The position numbers and the translations under genes were made by a program. A stretch of 63,962 bases of DNA, filler included, from Choristocarpus tenellus KU-1152 (lineage: Eukaryota; Protista; Phaeophyceae), in the NCBI GenBank assembly GCA_964200185.2. It is 9 parts of 9 records of this genome, joined end to end, with 100 filler letters (N's around TTAATTAATTAA, not from the genome) between each part and the next. Parts side by side here need not be neighbours in the genome. Positions count along the whole stretch, not along the records: positions 36,307 to 39,756 come from CAXNAD020019951.1; positions 39,857 to 46,943 come from CAXNAD020006728.1; positions 47,044 to 49,629 come from CAXNAD020026517.1; positions 49,730 to 60,702 come from CAXNAD020002595.1; 5 more parts are not named here. One strand, written 5' to 3'. Shown in pieces: positions 38,067 to 50,589 of the stretch; the first letter of the stretch is position 1; each line of letters begins with the position of its first letter. The notes below the pieces were generated by a model, which saw only the letters and a program-made list of their open reading frames with translations, was not told the DNA's origin and ran no database searches.

Positions 38067-39079
38067 ATGGCTTCAGGTCCCATGAACAACGAAGAACTCG
38101 TGACTTACCTGGTGCGCTTCCCTCATGACTAGATAGTTGTGGACGTGGTCCAGTAGAGTGGAGGGGAATCTGATCTAGTGCTCGGACCGCAAGATCGTTT
38201 AAACTGTTATCGCACTTATAGAGAGAAGAGATAGTGGAAACATTTGCCTAGTTTCCATTGCTGAGCTGTAGATAGATACTATCAAGCATGAGCTTTTGCC
38301 CAGATAAAACAGCCGTACTCTCAAGGTTTACGCCCACACAAGAAATGTCTGGATTGAGTAGTTGCCCCGTTCTAGCGTGTTCTGCGCTCCTTTCCCACAT
38401 ACTGAAGTTTTTATCTGCTCTCTCTTTCATACTGTTGCTGCTTTTTGTATGCTTTGTCTATTGGCTGGCCTCACCGTGATAACAGGAGATGCACAACATG
38501 GTGCGCACACCAGAGGTAATTGCGGCGCTGCGTGCCATAGACAGGGGTGACTTTGCAACTCCTGATGTTCACGAGGTGCGTCCAACCAGTTCCATCCCCC
38601 TCTTCAACTGCCTTCACCTTGTCCCATCCATCAAGCAACCCACCCTCCCAACACATGCATACATCGTCATATCCAAGACATATCGCAGCAACGGTCAATC
38701 AAAATGCAGTCAATCGCAATATCCACCATAGGACAAGTTCTGAAGCACATCAAATGGCCTTTTGAGACACCATGCTCTCACTGGATTGGTGGAGTGTTTA
38801 AAGTGAAATCAAAATGAAGGAACGCCCCCCCCATCACCCCCCACTGCCCACCCACCCCTCTCACCCCCCCACTATCCACCCCTCACTCTCTACCTTGCAC
38901 CACAATGCACCTTTGGAATGATTGGATGACTTGTTTTGGTCCTACGGATTATGACTGACCAGCATGTGTACCTGGATGAGCCCATCAGATCTGGAGATGT
39001 ACACCTCTCTGCACCCTTTATCTATGCTGCCGCCCTGGAAGAGTTTGGACTGCAACCTGGAATGTCGTTTCTCAACATT
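38067..39079 (+). CDS. Protein-L-isoaspartate O-methyltransferase domain-containing protein (PCMTD1/2-like), 3'-partial; exons 38067-38111, 38486-38575, 38963-39079
   Basis: Spliced MASGPMNNEELVTYL-EMHNMVRTPEVIAALRAIDRGDF...-HVYLDEPIRSGDVHLSAPFIYAAALEEFGLQPGMSFLNI matches the PCMTD motifs RAIDRGD, HLSAP.IY and LQPG.SFLN. All junctions are phase-0 GT-AG. Confidence 0.85.
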
Positions 39080-39756
39080 GTGAGTGAAGAGCCATTGAAT
39101 GATCAATGTTTTTCGTGGGGATGGGACCATTGCATGGAAGGGTGCTAACTGAATACTTAGGAGAGGCTGGGCACTTGCCATTGGTGTGTACATGTCTGCA
39201 GCCTGCATGTATGTGTATGAGACTGCCTGTTTCTCATCTACTTCCGCAGTTACTTGGTTCTTTCCCGTGCTGGTGTTTGAGCGCATTTGTCCAAAGTGTC
39301 GTCTCGGATCATGCTGCAGATAAGAGAGCGCTCTGTTTCTGACTAGGCAGACCTGTTACAGTTTGTATACAGAAAACTATTCTTGTCCGGGATCGTGGCA
39401 CTTTTATCCCGAATATATCACGTAATATTTACAGTAGTCTGCCCTCCACATGCTGATTTGTGTGCAAAGATAGGTGAGTTCAAAACACATGGATCGAAGT
39501 ATCATCAGAAACATTTTTTTTTTCTTCTAATTTTTTCTGGAGTGTTAATTCAAACTGAACCAGTAAGTTGACAGTTACACTTCTTTTTCCATTCAACAAC
39601 CGTTCAGAAAATAGCCTTTGAGCCTGGATTTGGATTGTTCTCATCAAGATATAGAAATACACACCGCCTTTTTTTTTCTGGAAAATGTAAAAAAAAAAAA
39701 ATCGTAAATACCAAAAGAATTGGTAAAAGACGAGAGATAATTTTACGAAAAATCGC

Positions 39757-39856
39757 NNNNNNNNNNNNNNNNNNNNNNNNNNNNNNNNNNNNNNNNNNNN
39801 TTAATTAATTAANNNNNNNNNNNNNNNNNNNNNNNNNNNNNNNNNNNNNNNNNNNN
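39757..39856. other. Artificial contig linker
   Basis: N44-TTAATTAATTAA-N44. Confidence 0.97.
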
Positions 39857-42369
39857 GTGGCCATTTCGCAGGCCAAGTTCGGTGATGCTGTAACAGCGTT
39901 CATTGTGCACCATGTCAACGAGTGCGCAAGAACGAACACCGTGCTTCCTGAATGACTTCAAGATCTGATGAAGCTTCAAGCTCGGGGAAAGGGCACCACC
40001 GATCAAGTAGTAGAACTTGGAGGCGGGACCGGTTCTTCCTGAAACAGGACCCGACGAGTGTCACGGTCGCCCGAGCTAATACGGTGCTCAAGGGTTGACG
40101 ACACGGGTCTGACATGAGCCTGACAGTCGTGGACCTCGTCTTCTGGTGTTCTGGATGGTTCCAGATTTGGAGTTATGCGCTCCTGTGCACGACGTTTTGC
40201 CTCGATCTTGAGTTCGGCATCTTTCGTCCGTGGTCAAACAGAAATCCGATAATATCGAATAGAAGAAGAGCTCTTTCATTAATATCATTAATAATAATAA
40301 CTTGATCAAGAGGTGAAGGAAAAGGACTTCAAAATTCAAAATTGCAACCACAACAAAACGTTCAGGACATCCTCTTCCTACACAACCACACACGGAGCGC
40401 CTGTTCTCAACAACTGGGAATATTACCACCCCAAAAATGAGACAGGCTGGATCCAGACGATGCACAGCTCCTAGTCTCCCTGGGCAACACCTGACTGAAG
40501 GCGGATGGATGCCCATGAGACTGCCAAGGATGGCAAGAAAGGGGCTACAGCCTGAACACATCACTAACATGACATCAAGCAGCGTGTGTAGCCAGCTGTT
40601 CCTGACATCACAAGGCTGGTAGTGCAAAGGCATGACGCAACAGTGAATGCCAAAAAGCAATGCCCCTACATCAGCCTGGGGGGTAACGGGTCGGCTCACG
40701 TCACCCCACTCAATGAAGGCGTGGCCTCCTCACGAACTCTGAGCATGTTACAATAAAAATCAGGTGCATCAGAAATGTTCCCGCTGGCAGAATTTGTAGT
40801 CACCGGCCTCTTTGATTTACAACACAGCAATTTACCGTCGATGTTCCTTCCTCTCATCAATTATGTGGATATAGCCCAATATCGATAGTAAAGAAATTTA
40901 CACTACATCTCTCTACACTGCAGACAGTACTAACAAGGTACATCTTTTTATCAACACAAAAATCTATATAATAAAAATATAAATCTACCGATTTCTCGAG
41001 TGCAAACAGGAAATATCGTTGCCATGCTTGCATTTCTTGCACTTTTACAGTTAGCGTGACACTGGATGGTAAGGTCGTTAAAGTGCACCCCAGTGCTTTA
41101 AGGTTCTTACCACGGCAACAGTAGCAGAAGAAGAACACTGTAAAAGGGTATGGCGAGGTGAATAGCGCCCTCAGTCACCACAGTATGGTTCGGGAATAGC
41201 AGTGGATATTACAGCTTTTCATTATCTCCATGGTCGCCAACAGCCCAGCTGTAGATATCTAAAGTATTGTTGTGGTACAGACCAACCATCGATATTTTCC
41301 CCAACCATAACCCCAAACCGGGAAACATGAGATTTTCTTATTTTTTTGCCATGGTTGCAACGAACATGTAGACCCCTGAGAAGGAACATCTACAACCACC
41401 ACATATACATGCAATGTGGTGAGGAAAAAACAGGCATGGGTAAGCTGATCTGACACACCAGCCTTCCAAAAAATGGACTCCTCACCAACAGTGATTCAGG
41501 CAGTAAATTAATTCGAGACTTTCTTTACCTGAAGAATACATTCTTTAGTGCACAGGCTACCAACCTGCACCATTGATGGCGGGTATGCTGCTGTCCACTT
41601 GGATGGTGCCTCTTTTCCACCCAACCATGTACTACAACTATGAACACAACCGTTTATAACAGAGATTCACTTGTATGGCCTCATGAGGTTAGCACGTTAG
41701 CACTTGTACTGGAGATTATATTTTTATCTTGAGTATCTTGTCGAATGGTTGGCAAGGAGGGCTGGCGTAGAAACGATGAAAGCATAAATACGGCATTGGG
41801 TTTTGCTCTATAGGGACAGCATGTACTTAAAAAAAATCTCAACATTACTGGTCGAAAGATGTAATCAAGGACCTCACCACAAAAACTTCCGAGATATATT
41901 TACATACCACACATCAGCAGAGCCGGATAAATTACAAACACCAAACGCAGAAAAGGGTAAACATGCCCAACAGTGCCTTATTCGGCGCCAGAACAGTCCT
42001 CGCTATGGCACGCAAAAGCGCAGGTACGATGACCAATGACAAACGCACAAAAAAGCAATGGCCCATACACGACAAAAACATGGTCCAACCAAAGGTAAAA
42101 AAGGGCTTAAATTCCCACAAATTGTATGGGAAAAAATGTTTTAACTTTATAAATACGGATCCTTCAAGACGGTATTGGTATCTTTGCGCTTGGGGCAATA
42201 CCATAGTGCGTGAAGCTTATGCTGATGCGTGGTGATTGCTAGTTGAAAACTACTCCAATCCCGTGAAGGCGTTCTAACGGACCCTTCCAATTTCTGTAGT
42301 CCCCTTGGGGACAAACATCAAAAACACGAAGCCTTTTCCCCTACCTGCACCTCCCCGACCATAACAAGA

Positions 42370-42610
42370 ACTACGTGTTACGCATTGCACATACATCCGT
42401 AAAAACTACGAAGCGCATACCATACACGCTCACGAACATACATATTCAAACAATCTCAACATCATCGGAAAACACTGTCCACGCACACAAGTACTACGTG
42501 TTTGCATTACACATACATCCGTAAAAACTACGAAGCGCATATGATACACGCTCACGAATATACATATTCAAACAATCTCAACATCATCGGAAAAAACTGT
42601 TCACGCACAC
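42370..42610. repeat. Tandem duplication, 2 x about 123 bp
   Basis: ACTACGTGTT...CATACATCCGTAAAAACTACGAAGCGCATA... starts at 42370 and 42493. Confidence 0.92.
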
Positions 42611-42839
42611 CTGCCAAGTCTAGGACAGTAGCAAAGATGGGGTACAAGCAAAACAGCACCCACATCACAAACCAAATAAAAACATACCTTCTGTTATAAA
42701 ACCAACATCAATTAAACCACATGCATGTACCCTCCAAGGGAATCGAATTCGATTGGTAAACCACAGAATAAGGTTAGGCAAGGAAAAGCGTATTCCCAAG
42801 CAAACTACTATTGCAACAAGGCATGCCGATATTGCTCAC

Positions 42840-45800
42840 CTTGATGTGCATCATAAGCGCATGGAACATCTGTGTCTTCGTGAACTCTTCAAGGAAGCGT
42901 ATGAGGCCGTCAGGATCCCCCCGTTGGTCGCGGCGGTGCCTGCCAGATAAGCACAAAAAAAAGAAATGTGAAAATGATAAAGTAGGATTAGCGCCACCAG
43001 GTTAGGGATAAGGTTCAGGATAGGGTACGGAGGCACAAATATATCAGAACACATAGAAACACGAGAAAGATACATGCACACAACAAACGCAACCAGGTGA
43101 CGATGAGAGCAAAAATATAGTGTCATCTAGTGCCCCATCATTATGGTAGCGTTTTCGAAGGTCTAACCTGTAACCCTAAGGGACATTTCCACAGAGCAAC
43201 ATATTTCCAAGAATAGAAAAAACTGAACAAATACACTCCGCAGTACACCGTAAAAAAGGAAAAAGAAAAAACAAACACCAAATCATCACCCCAAAGAGCT
43301 AGTGGCACAAGAGGATATATGCTTCAAACCAATAGGATAGAGCTTCTCATCACATTCGACCAATAAATATAATCTGTTTCTTCTGTATCCTAGCCCTAAC
43401 TCTAGTCTCTTCAGGTAAATATCAACTCCAGTCCCTGGGCCCTGACCTGATCAAGTATCCAGCATCCAAGCCGACCTCTGGCCAAGTAGACCCTTTACCA
43501 TCCCCTCTCTCCTGTGCAGAGTCTCTGCCTCCAAGGCTCGACCAACTCTGCTGTCTCAGGATCACTCGGTGGTCCCCGAACACATTCACAAAAAAGTTCA
43601 GGAGTGCGGCCCTGAGGGCAACGTCTTCTGACCCCACGACGCACTCTGTAGCCTCCCTTCGTACGAGTCAAAGCATCGAGTGGGGGGTAAGAGAAGCAAA
43701 TAATAAAAACGAATGACCAATATAAATATATATATATATATATATGTATCACGTGGGAAGTAAGGAGAAAATGGTAAAATAAACTAAAAATAACCCTAAC
43801 CCTAACCCTATCCAGGCGTCTCAAGCTCTTCCAAAAAATAATACAAAATAACAGGAATATCCACACATGTCCTTCTCTTCGGCAACTAAGCCATCAGCTA
43901 TGAACCTCAGGAATACTCGCTTCCTTAATTGAACTCAAGTGAGGGGATATATATATATATATATACAAGTGATGTGTCTCTCTGTCCCCCCCCACCATCT
44001 TGAAAGGTCTCTTCTTAAAAAAAATAAATGATTTGAGTATGCCCATGTGTTGGTGCTGGAACATTGGGGTCAACAAAGGGACGGGCTGTTAATAACAAAT
44101 TAACTTTTTAATCCTTTTGGTTTACTCAGCAACACAGCGTATGTCTGTACACACACTAAGAAGAAGAAACTGTTCCAAGAATATATTCGATTCTTTATAC
44201 CATTAGTGGAGTAAGAGTGATGGTGTAATATCACTCTGCCGGGCCCACCTTACACACATAATCACCAGGAAGTGGAAATTGTTCTTACTCAATCAGGGGT
44301 GCGACCAATAAAAAAAAGGGTCGTTTTTTTTTAGACGCTGATTGATCACACATCTCTGTAAAAAAAAAAAATCTACATGAAACGATAAAAGTGTGACATC
44401 AGGTATGAATGACATCCGATATAGCAATCTTGCCATAAACAAACAAACACACACACACACACACACACACAGGATGAGGAATCTACAAGAAGGTGCACAG
44501 CTGTACAATGCAATGTTTGTGACAATCCGGAACAGCTGCTGAAGGGGAGAGTGCCTTCAAATGCCTGTACCAATTCTTTCCCTTTATCTTGGAGTAGACG
44601 GCCTTGACCTCTGCAAAGAGCATGCTGGAGACATCCATCCCCTTCGAGCCCTCTCTTGCCACATTCCTGAAAAAATAAACAAGACAAAAATAATAATAAG
44701 TACACACCGATGAATAAAAGTAAAATAATAATAATAATAAGTACACACCGATGAATAAAAATAAAAATAAAAACAAAATGGAATAATAATGTCCAAAAAA
44801 AGGGACGGGTCTGAAAAAATCAAATTGGGACGGGAGTTGATCACCAGGTACTTACTATTCAGTCTGTGATTTTGAAATGCCATACAAAAGCAGAACCTGC
44901 ATCCATGTATTTTTGTGGTCTATCCGTTTCTAGTTTCTAGTTTAAACCAAAAAATAACCTTGCCATAATAATAATAAAATAATAAAAAGGTTTCATCGAG
45001 GGCTTGCACCCTGTTCCCCAACCTCGGATAGAATTAAAAATAATAAAATAGTTATAAAAAATGAACAACACACGACAGCGGGAGACTTTGGCAAGAAGCA
45101 AAAAAAACAAACAGAACATGCCTGGGAATATTCTTATTAATTTACTGTTACAGTTTCATTGCAAAAAAATAAGCAAACAAAATCTTGAGCATACATAACC
45201 AAGAATCACCAAGATGACCTCCCCCCACACAACGAACACACCCTCCTGCAATGATAGTAATGATGCTGATTGTTATGGAACAATTTACGTAGGTTTATTA
45301 TTCTATTCTATTTTCTAGACCTCCAGGAGAAGTAGACAGGTCTCAGGATAGAATGGAATATGGAATAGTATACGTCAAAAACATTGGTCAGCGGCAGAGA
45401 AAACTCCACCTTGACTAAGCTGCTCGTCTACTCAACGGACTTGGTAACCATTTAGAGTGAACCAGTCCATACCACGTCTTTGGCATTCCATTGATTCACT
45501 GAAAAACACATCGCTGAGAAATACTCAAGAATATACTTCCAAGAACCTTCCGACTGCTTCAAAATATATCTACTATAAGAACAATATACTCCCAATATAC
45601 TTCCAATAACCTTTCCAACTGCTTCAAAATATATCTACCATAAGAACAATATACTTCGTAGAACCTTCCGACTGCTTCAAGATATATCTACTATAAGAAC
45701 AATGTACTCCCAATATACTTCCAATAACCTTTCCAACTGCTTCAAAATATATCTACCACAAGAACAATATACTCCCAAGAACCTTCCGACTGCTCCAAAG

Positions 45801-46429
45801 TGCACCTACTTCAAGAACGGTACAGTCTAAGATCTCAAACGACAGACAGATCTGTCAACGCCCCAGTCAGCTTTGCCAGGAAAGATTTCACTGCATATAC
45901 TCCATGACAACAACCCTAACTACTGCTTCAGTACATGGCGATGCACAAAGAAACACTGCCAATAGCATGGAGCACATGTCGTCATGGGTGACAAACCCCC
46001 CCCCCAGAACACAATAAACACAACAGGGTCTGCATTGCCCACACTGAAGACATTTTATTCTCAAGGCTCCATTAGAGACCCACCTTGAAAATCCCGAAAT
46101 TCCTCAATGCAACATCCAGTGACGCTGAGAAAAAAAAGAACAAAAACCTAATTCAAGAAACTCAAAATCTCTTCACCATACCGTTTGTTACTGAGGCATC
46201 AAAATATCGCAACACAACAATAAAAAAATAAATGAATCTCAATGTCTCCAGTCAGCAAGACCAAAACCTACCCAGAATTAAAATTGTCTGTCTAATAGTC
46301 ACTCACCCCCCATCATCCCAATCTCTAGTGCCATCTTGGCGGTTCTCCCCAGCGCTGGGTCGGCCCCTCCCAATGAAGCTCAGGGTTTTCCCCAAAGCCT
46401 TGTCGAGCTTGTTGGATGCCGAAGCAAGC
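42840..46429 (-). CDS. DENN-domain (Rab GEF-like) protein, internal exons 46429-46307, 44666-44571, 43656-43447, 42939-42840
   Basis: Four exons join in consistent phase 2. dDENN-like motifs DVALRAALLNFFVNVFGDHR and LIRFLEEFTKTQMF. Confidence 0.7.
43791..43808 (-). repeat. Interstitial telomere-like (TTAGGG)3
   Basis: TAACCCTAACCCTAACCC. Confidence 0.6.
44690..44770. repeat. Short tandem duplication
   Basis: AATAATAAGTACACACCGATGAATAAAA occurs twice, about 41 bp apart. Confidence 0.85.
45530..45818. repeat. Minisatellite, about 5 units of 54-64 bp with dimeric higher-order structure
   Basis: Alternating AGAACCTTCCGACTGCTTCAA.ATATATCTACTATAAGAACAAT and ATAACCTTTCCAACTGCTTCAAAATATATCTACCA.AAGAACAAT units. 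Confidence 0.9.
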
Positions 46430-46844
46430 CTTTCATTAACCCCTGGCGTCATCATTGGGAGATACAAATCATTTATTTATTTTTTCCCATTTTTTTTTTC
46501 TTCTTCTACCCCTTTGAATCTACGATTCATTGGGACAAAGGGTAAGGGAACGCCCCCCGCACTTACTTACACATTATTATTATTATTATTATTTTTAAAA
46601 CGTTATTATAGTGTTGCGTGAACCGTAACAAATGGAATCGCTGCATTTCGATCAAATCACATTTAATCAAAAAAACCGAAATCGAGGGATCACTTTGATA
46701 GTTTTTTTTTTTTCCTCGTGAGTGCACGCTGTGTGCATCCATCGCCTGCGAAGCTCGTCCATTGATGAGCCTCCACTCTTGCACTGTGTGTGTGCGTGTG
46801 CATGCATGATTCAATTGCAAATCACGTACATCCAAATTATTTCT

Positions 46845-46943
46845 GGCTCAAAGTATCTGGGGGGGGGGGGGGGGGGGGGGGGGGCGGGGTGCCTTTTTGG
46901 CCAATTTTTTTTTTGTTTTTTTTTTTGGGGTTTTTGTTTCTTT
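46845..46943. mobile_element. MITE family B, left end at contig break
   Basis: GGCTCAAAGTATCT + G-tract, degrading into low-quality poly-T sequence. Confidence 0.75.
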
Positions 46944-47043
46944 NNNNNNNNNNNNNNNNNNNNNNNNNNNNNNNNNNNNNNNNNNNNTTAATTAATTAAN
47001 NNNNNNNNNNNNNNNNNNNNNNNNNNNNNNNNNNNNNNNNNNN
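46944..47043. other. Artificial contig linker
   Basis: N44-TTAATTAATTAA-N44. Confidence 0.97.
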
Positions 47044-47501
47044 GACATCCCAAAGGCAAGGCCAGGCCTCTGTCGCAGCAAGACACACTCCAATGTAGCC
47101 TGTGCGTTCTGTAATTACCTGAAGGAGGGATTAGCGTTTGAAGACTGGGCATTCGGAAGGATATGGTCACCATATCCTTCCAAAATCACACATTTGCATC
47201 AAAATCAGAGAGACGTTGTGTTCACCAGTTCCACTGTAGTTTGGAACCGGTGACGCACACGTTCTCCCATCAAGAGCAGCAGAACGAAACCCAACGACGA
47301 AGTTCGTGTTCTCTGATGTTTGGTTCCGATATGTATCGGAAAAACGATATTCCTTCCAGTTTCTGTTTCCGATCCCAACCGTAGCACCTGTCCAAACCCT
47401 AACCCTGTGCCCTAACCCTGACACCGTCTCTCACCCTTACACAATAACGAAATTATGCCCAGTCATATTTCACACTTCCTTCATCTGCTCGCCTCATGTG
47501 A

Positions 47502-47772
47502 TTTTTGCCATACTTTGCCGTTCGACAAAGTATGGCAAAAAGTGAAGCTGTGAAGCTGTCCACATACCAACTTATTTGAAGCCACAAGAATCATGTCATT
47601 TTTGCCGCACCTTGTTGTCATACGACAAAGTGTGGCGAAAGTTGCGGCGGTCCATATACCAACTTTTTTCAGGCCACACGCCTCAAGTCTATTTCGCCAT
47701 ACTTTACCGTATACGACAAAGTATGGTAAAGGTTGCGGCCGTCCACATACTAACCTCTTTGAAGCCGCAAGC
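47502..47772. repeat. Three tandem units (about 95 bp), each starting with a palindrome
   Basis: TTTTTGCCATACTTTG-ccgttcga-CAAAGTATGGCAAAAA at 47502-47541, with degenerate copies at about 47599-47640 and 47692-47730. Each is followed by GTCCA.ATAC.AAC. Confidence 0.8.
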
Positions 47773-47888
47773 CTCCAAACCATCGTTTTCAACTTACCAC
47801 AAAACTCAATCTCAAACTCATATCCCCCACAGAGAAAGGGGCGCATACGACGGTATACACATGTGGGGATATGTGCTGACTGATACCA

Positions 47889-48688
47889 CATGAAACGTTC
47901 AGTATGATCCCTTACACCACAAAACCCATTCTATACATTACTTTACCGTTCGACAGAACACGTCAATTGCAGTACATACATGCGCCAATAGTGTCAGGGG
48001 CGACACCCACCATGCACTTGTGAAATGTTTCCCCAAAAAATCTGAGATAAAAACACACACTCTACCGTGTGACGAACTACCCCCATTCACTTCGTCCTAC
48101 ATACGCTTCATGGTACGCTTTCGTAATCTTTTAGATGTGGCTCGCGATTGACCGCATACGCAATGCACACCTTTTCAGGATATTCTAATCGGGGCGATTT
48201 CGGTTCTCGATGTATCAAACACACCCTTCTCCATGCTTTCAAAGTGGGGTGTCATCCAACACGGCTGAACTCTGTGGAACACTTCGTGGCCATGAAACGT
48301 TCAGTATCACTTACAACACAAAACCCATCCTACACATTACTTTACCGTTGGACAGAAACGTCAATTGTAGTACATACATGCGCCAATAGTGTCAGGGGCG
48401 ACACCCAACATGCACTTGTGAACTGTTTCCCCCAAAAATTCAGATGAAAACACGCACTCTACCGTGTGACAAACTACCCCCATTCACTTCGTCCTACGTG
48501 CTTAATGGTACGTTTTCGTATTTTTTTTTTATGTGGCTTGCGATTGACCGCATATGCAATGCACACCTTTTCAGGATATTCTAATCGGGGCGGTTTCGGT
48601 TCTCGATGTATCAAACACACCCTTCTCCATGCTGTCAAAGTGGGGTGTCATCCAACACGGTCGTACTCTGTGGAACACTTTGTGACCA
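47889..48688. repeat. Tandem duplication, 2 x about 400 bp
   Basis: CATGAAACGTTCAGTAT...CTCTGTGGAACACTT starts at 47889 and 48291, with long identical stretches. Confidence 0.92.
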
Positions 48689-49603
48689 AACATTGTGCGA
48701 GCCCCTTCCACCGAACAAAGATGCAGTATTATCTATGTTCGCATCATGAAGATACATCGCTAATGTCAAAGGGAAACAAACCCACCCAACTCATATCATA
48801 ACTTCGTTTGGATCCCACTCAGGAAATGGGGACTAAAGAGACTGCCCATGACCAGTGCAACCCGTTCGTGGAAGAAATCAAAAACGGACCAGATAATGGA
48901 CCTCTTCCTCTCCATGTTTCTCAACCATGATGATCCAGAAGAAATGGAAGGAAGCGGCCGCACCTGGAACGACCTTGCCACTTGACTGTTGGATGAGAGA
49001 AGCAGATTTGCACCGTTGGCGAGCGTGCTGCGAGTTGTGCTGGCTCGGGAACAATGTGAGTCCACGCCTGATCTCCAGGTCAAGACATTCCTAGAATGGA
49101 CAGTCAATCGTCACAAAGGTAGGCACATTCCACATGACGACCCCGCCCTCACTCACAAAGTCCGGCCTCTGCCTTGCCACTGGTGACAACCCCAACACGT
49201 ACACTCCTTGCTCACATATGCAACAAACACTCAATATATGTACCGTTCGAACTTATGTCACATCCGTTACTCCCTTTACGTCAACACAATGCGCAGCGTC
49301 AAGATAACATATACACACTTATCAAATGACTGCACAGATATAGTCTATACACACTTACACATCCATCGCCACCTGTTTTGTACAAGTCTGCCAATCGGTA
49401 AACTCATGCAAAACTCCAAGTTCTTCTTTTCTTTCCAGTGTCAACGTCGACCATATACCCATCGCTTGTTGCAGGAATACATACCGCATACACTACATGC
49501 ATGATTCTCCCCGCCCTCTGAACCTGATCCCTCCTTGCCACTCCCATCAGTCTGCACCCTCCCGCCCCTTGATAACTCATTACACTACACACACAATAGA
49601 TAT

Positions 49604-49629
49604 GGGTCAAAGTATCGGGGGGGGGGTGT
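49604..49629. mobile_element. MITE family B, left end at contig break
   Basis: GGGTCAAAGTATC + G-tract. Confidence 0.65.
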
Positions 49630-49729
49630 NNNNNNNNNNNNNNNNNNNNNNNNNNNNNNNNNNNNNNNNNNNNTTAATTAATTAANNNNNNNNNNNNNNN
49701 NNNNNNNNNNNNNNNNNNNNNNNNNNNNN
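49630..49729. other. Artificial contig linker
   Basis: N44-TTAATTAATTAA-N44. Confidence 0.97.
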
Positions 49730-49736
49730 ACCCTTT

Positions 49737-49917
49737 GGCTCAAAGTATCTGGGAGGGGGTAGCGGCTGTCCATTTGGGGGTCAATTTTTTCATGCCGCGA
49801 TTTTTGGGTGATTTATTTGGATACGTCAAATGGATACTGTAAATGCACTTTCCCTGATTTCAACCCAAATGGACACCTTGGTGTAGACCCTCCCCCCCCT
49901 CCCAGATACTTTGGGTC
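49737..49917. mobile_element. MITE family B
   Basis: GGCTCAAAGTATCTGGGAGGGGG ... CCCCCTCCCAGATACTTTGGGTC; flanks CTTT/CTTT. Confidence 0.9.
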
Positions 49918-50589
49918 CTTTGCATTTGGTTGCCTCCATAATTTTTTATTGAGTAAGGAAAATAATGTACTCCAGAGCATTTCACATACTGTGTAAGTAA
50001 TTACACCTGTAATGGTGGGTTGGTTGCATTCAACTTCTGTTAAACGAGAAAGATCGGCAAAATGATTACTCTATAAATATGGCTGCCACTTTTACAAGGG
50101 CAGTGATGGCAAAGGGGCTACAAAGAGAATGCTGATTGAAGATAAGCACCATCCATACCCACTGCTCTAGAGCACGTACTTCGGCTCCTCAGATACAACA
50201 CTATGTTTAACGGACAAGGGGGAATGGTGACCAACTATTTGCATCGTGCACAAGCTGATAAGATCAAGATCTACTCTTTGCATGTGCTAAGGTTTATGTC
50301 ACCACTGGGACGTCAAATACAGGTGCAAAATCCCTAATATTTCCTTATGGATATTACTTTTCCAAAAGCTCGAGAGTTCAGAAGTGCAATATGTTGGACG
50401 AATGCCAAGTTTAGAACTTATCCCCTCCAGAGAGTTAATGAATTAACGTGCTGACTGTTGTCTCGACAGGGAAGAAATCTTGAGTATCCTTGAGACTTGT
50501 AGAGTAATCACGTTGGTTAGGGGCTAGCTCCCCATAGCCAAGCTTGCCCATATCGCTCAGTTAAGGGTAGGACAAGCTACTGGGATTCT

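Noticed and set aside
39857-40700. 203-aa minus-strand ORF, or further DENN exons
   Set aside because: No recognisable motif or consistent splice phase; could be TE debris.
45530-45818. CRISPR-like array
   Set aside because: Whole units repeat with no unique spacers, there are no cas genes, and the context is a eukaryotic intron.
47502-47772. CRISPR-like palindromic repeats
   Set aside because: The intervening sequences are homologous to each other and the repeats are degenerate; kept only as a hairpin tandem array.
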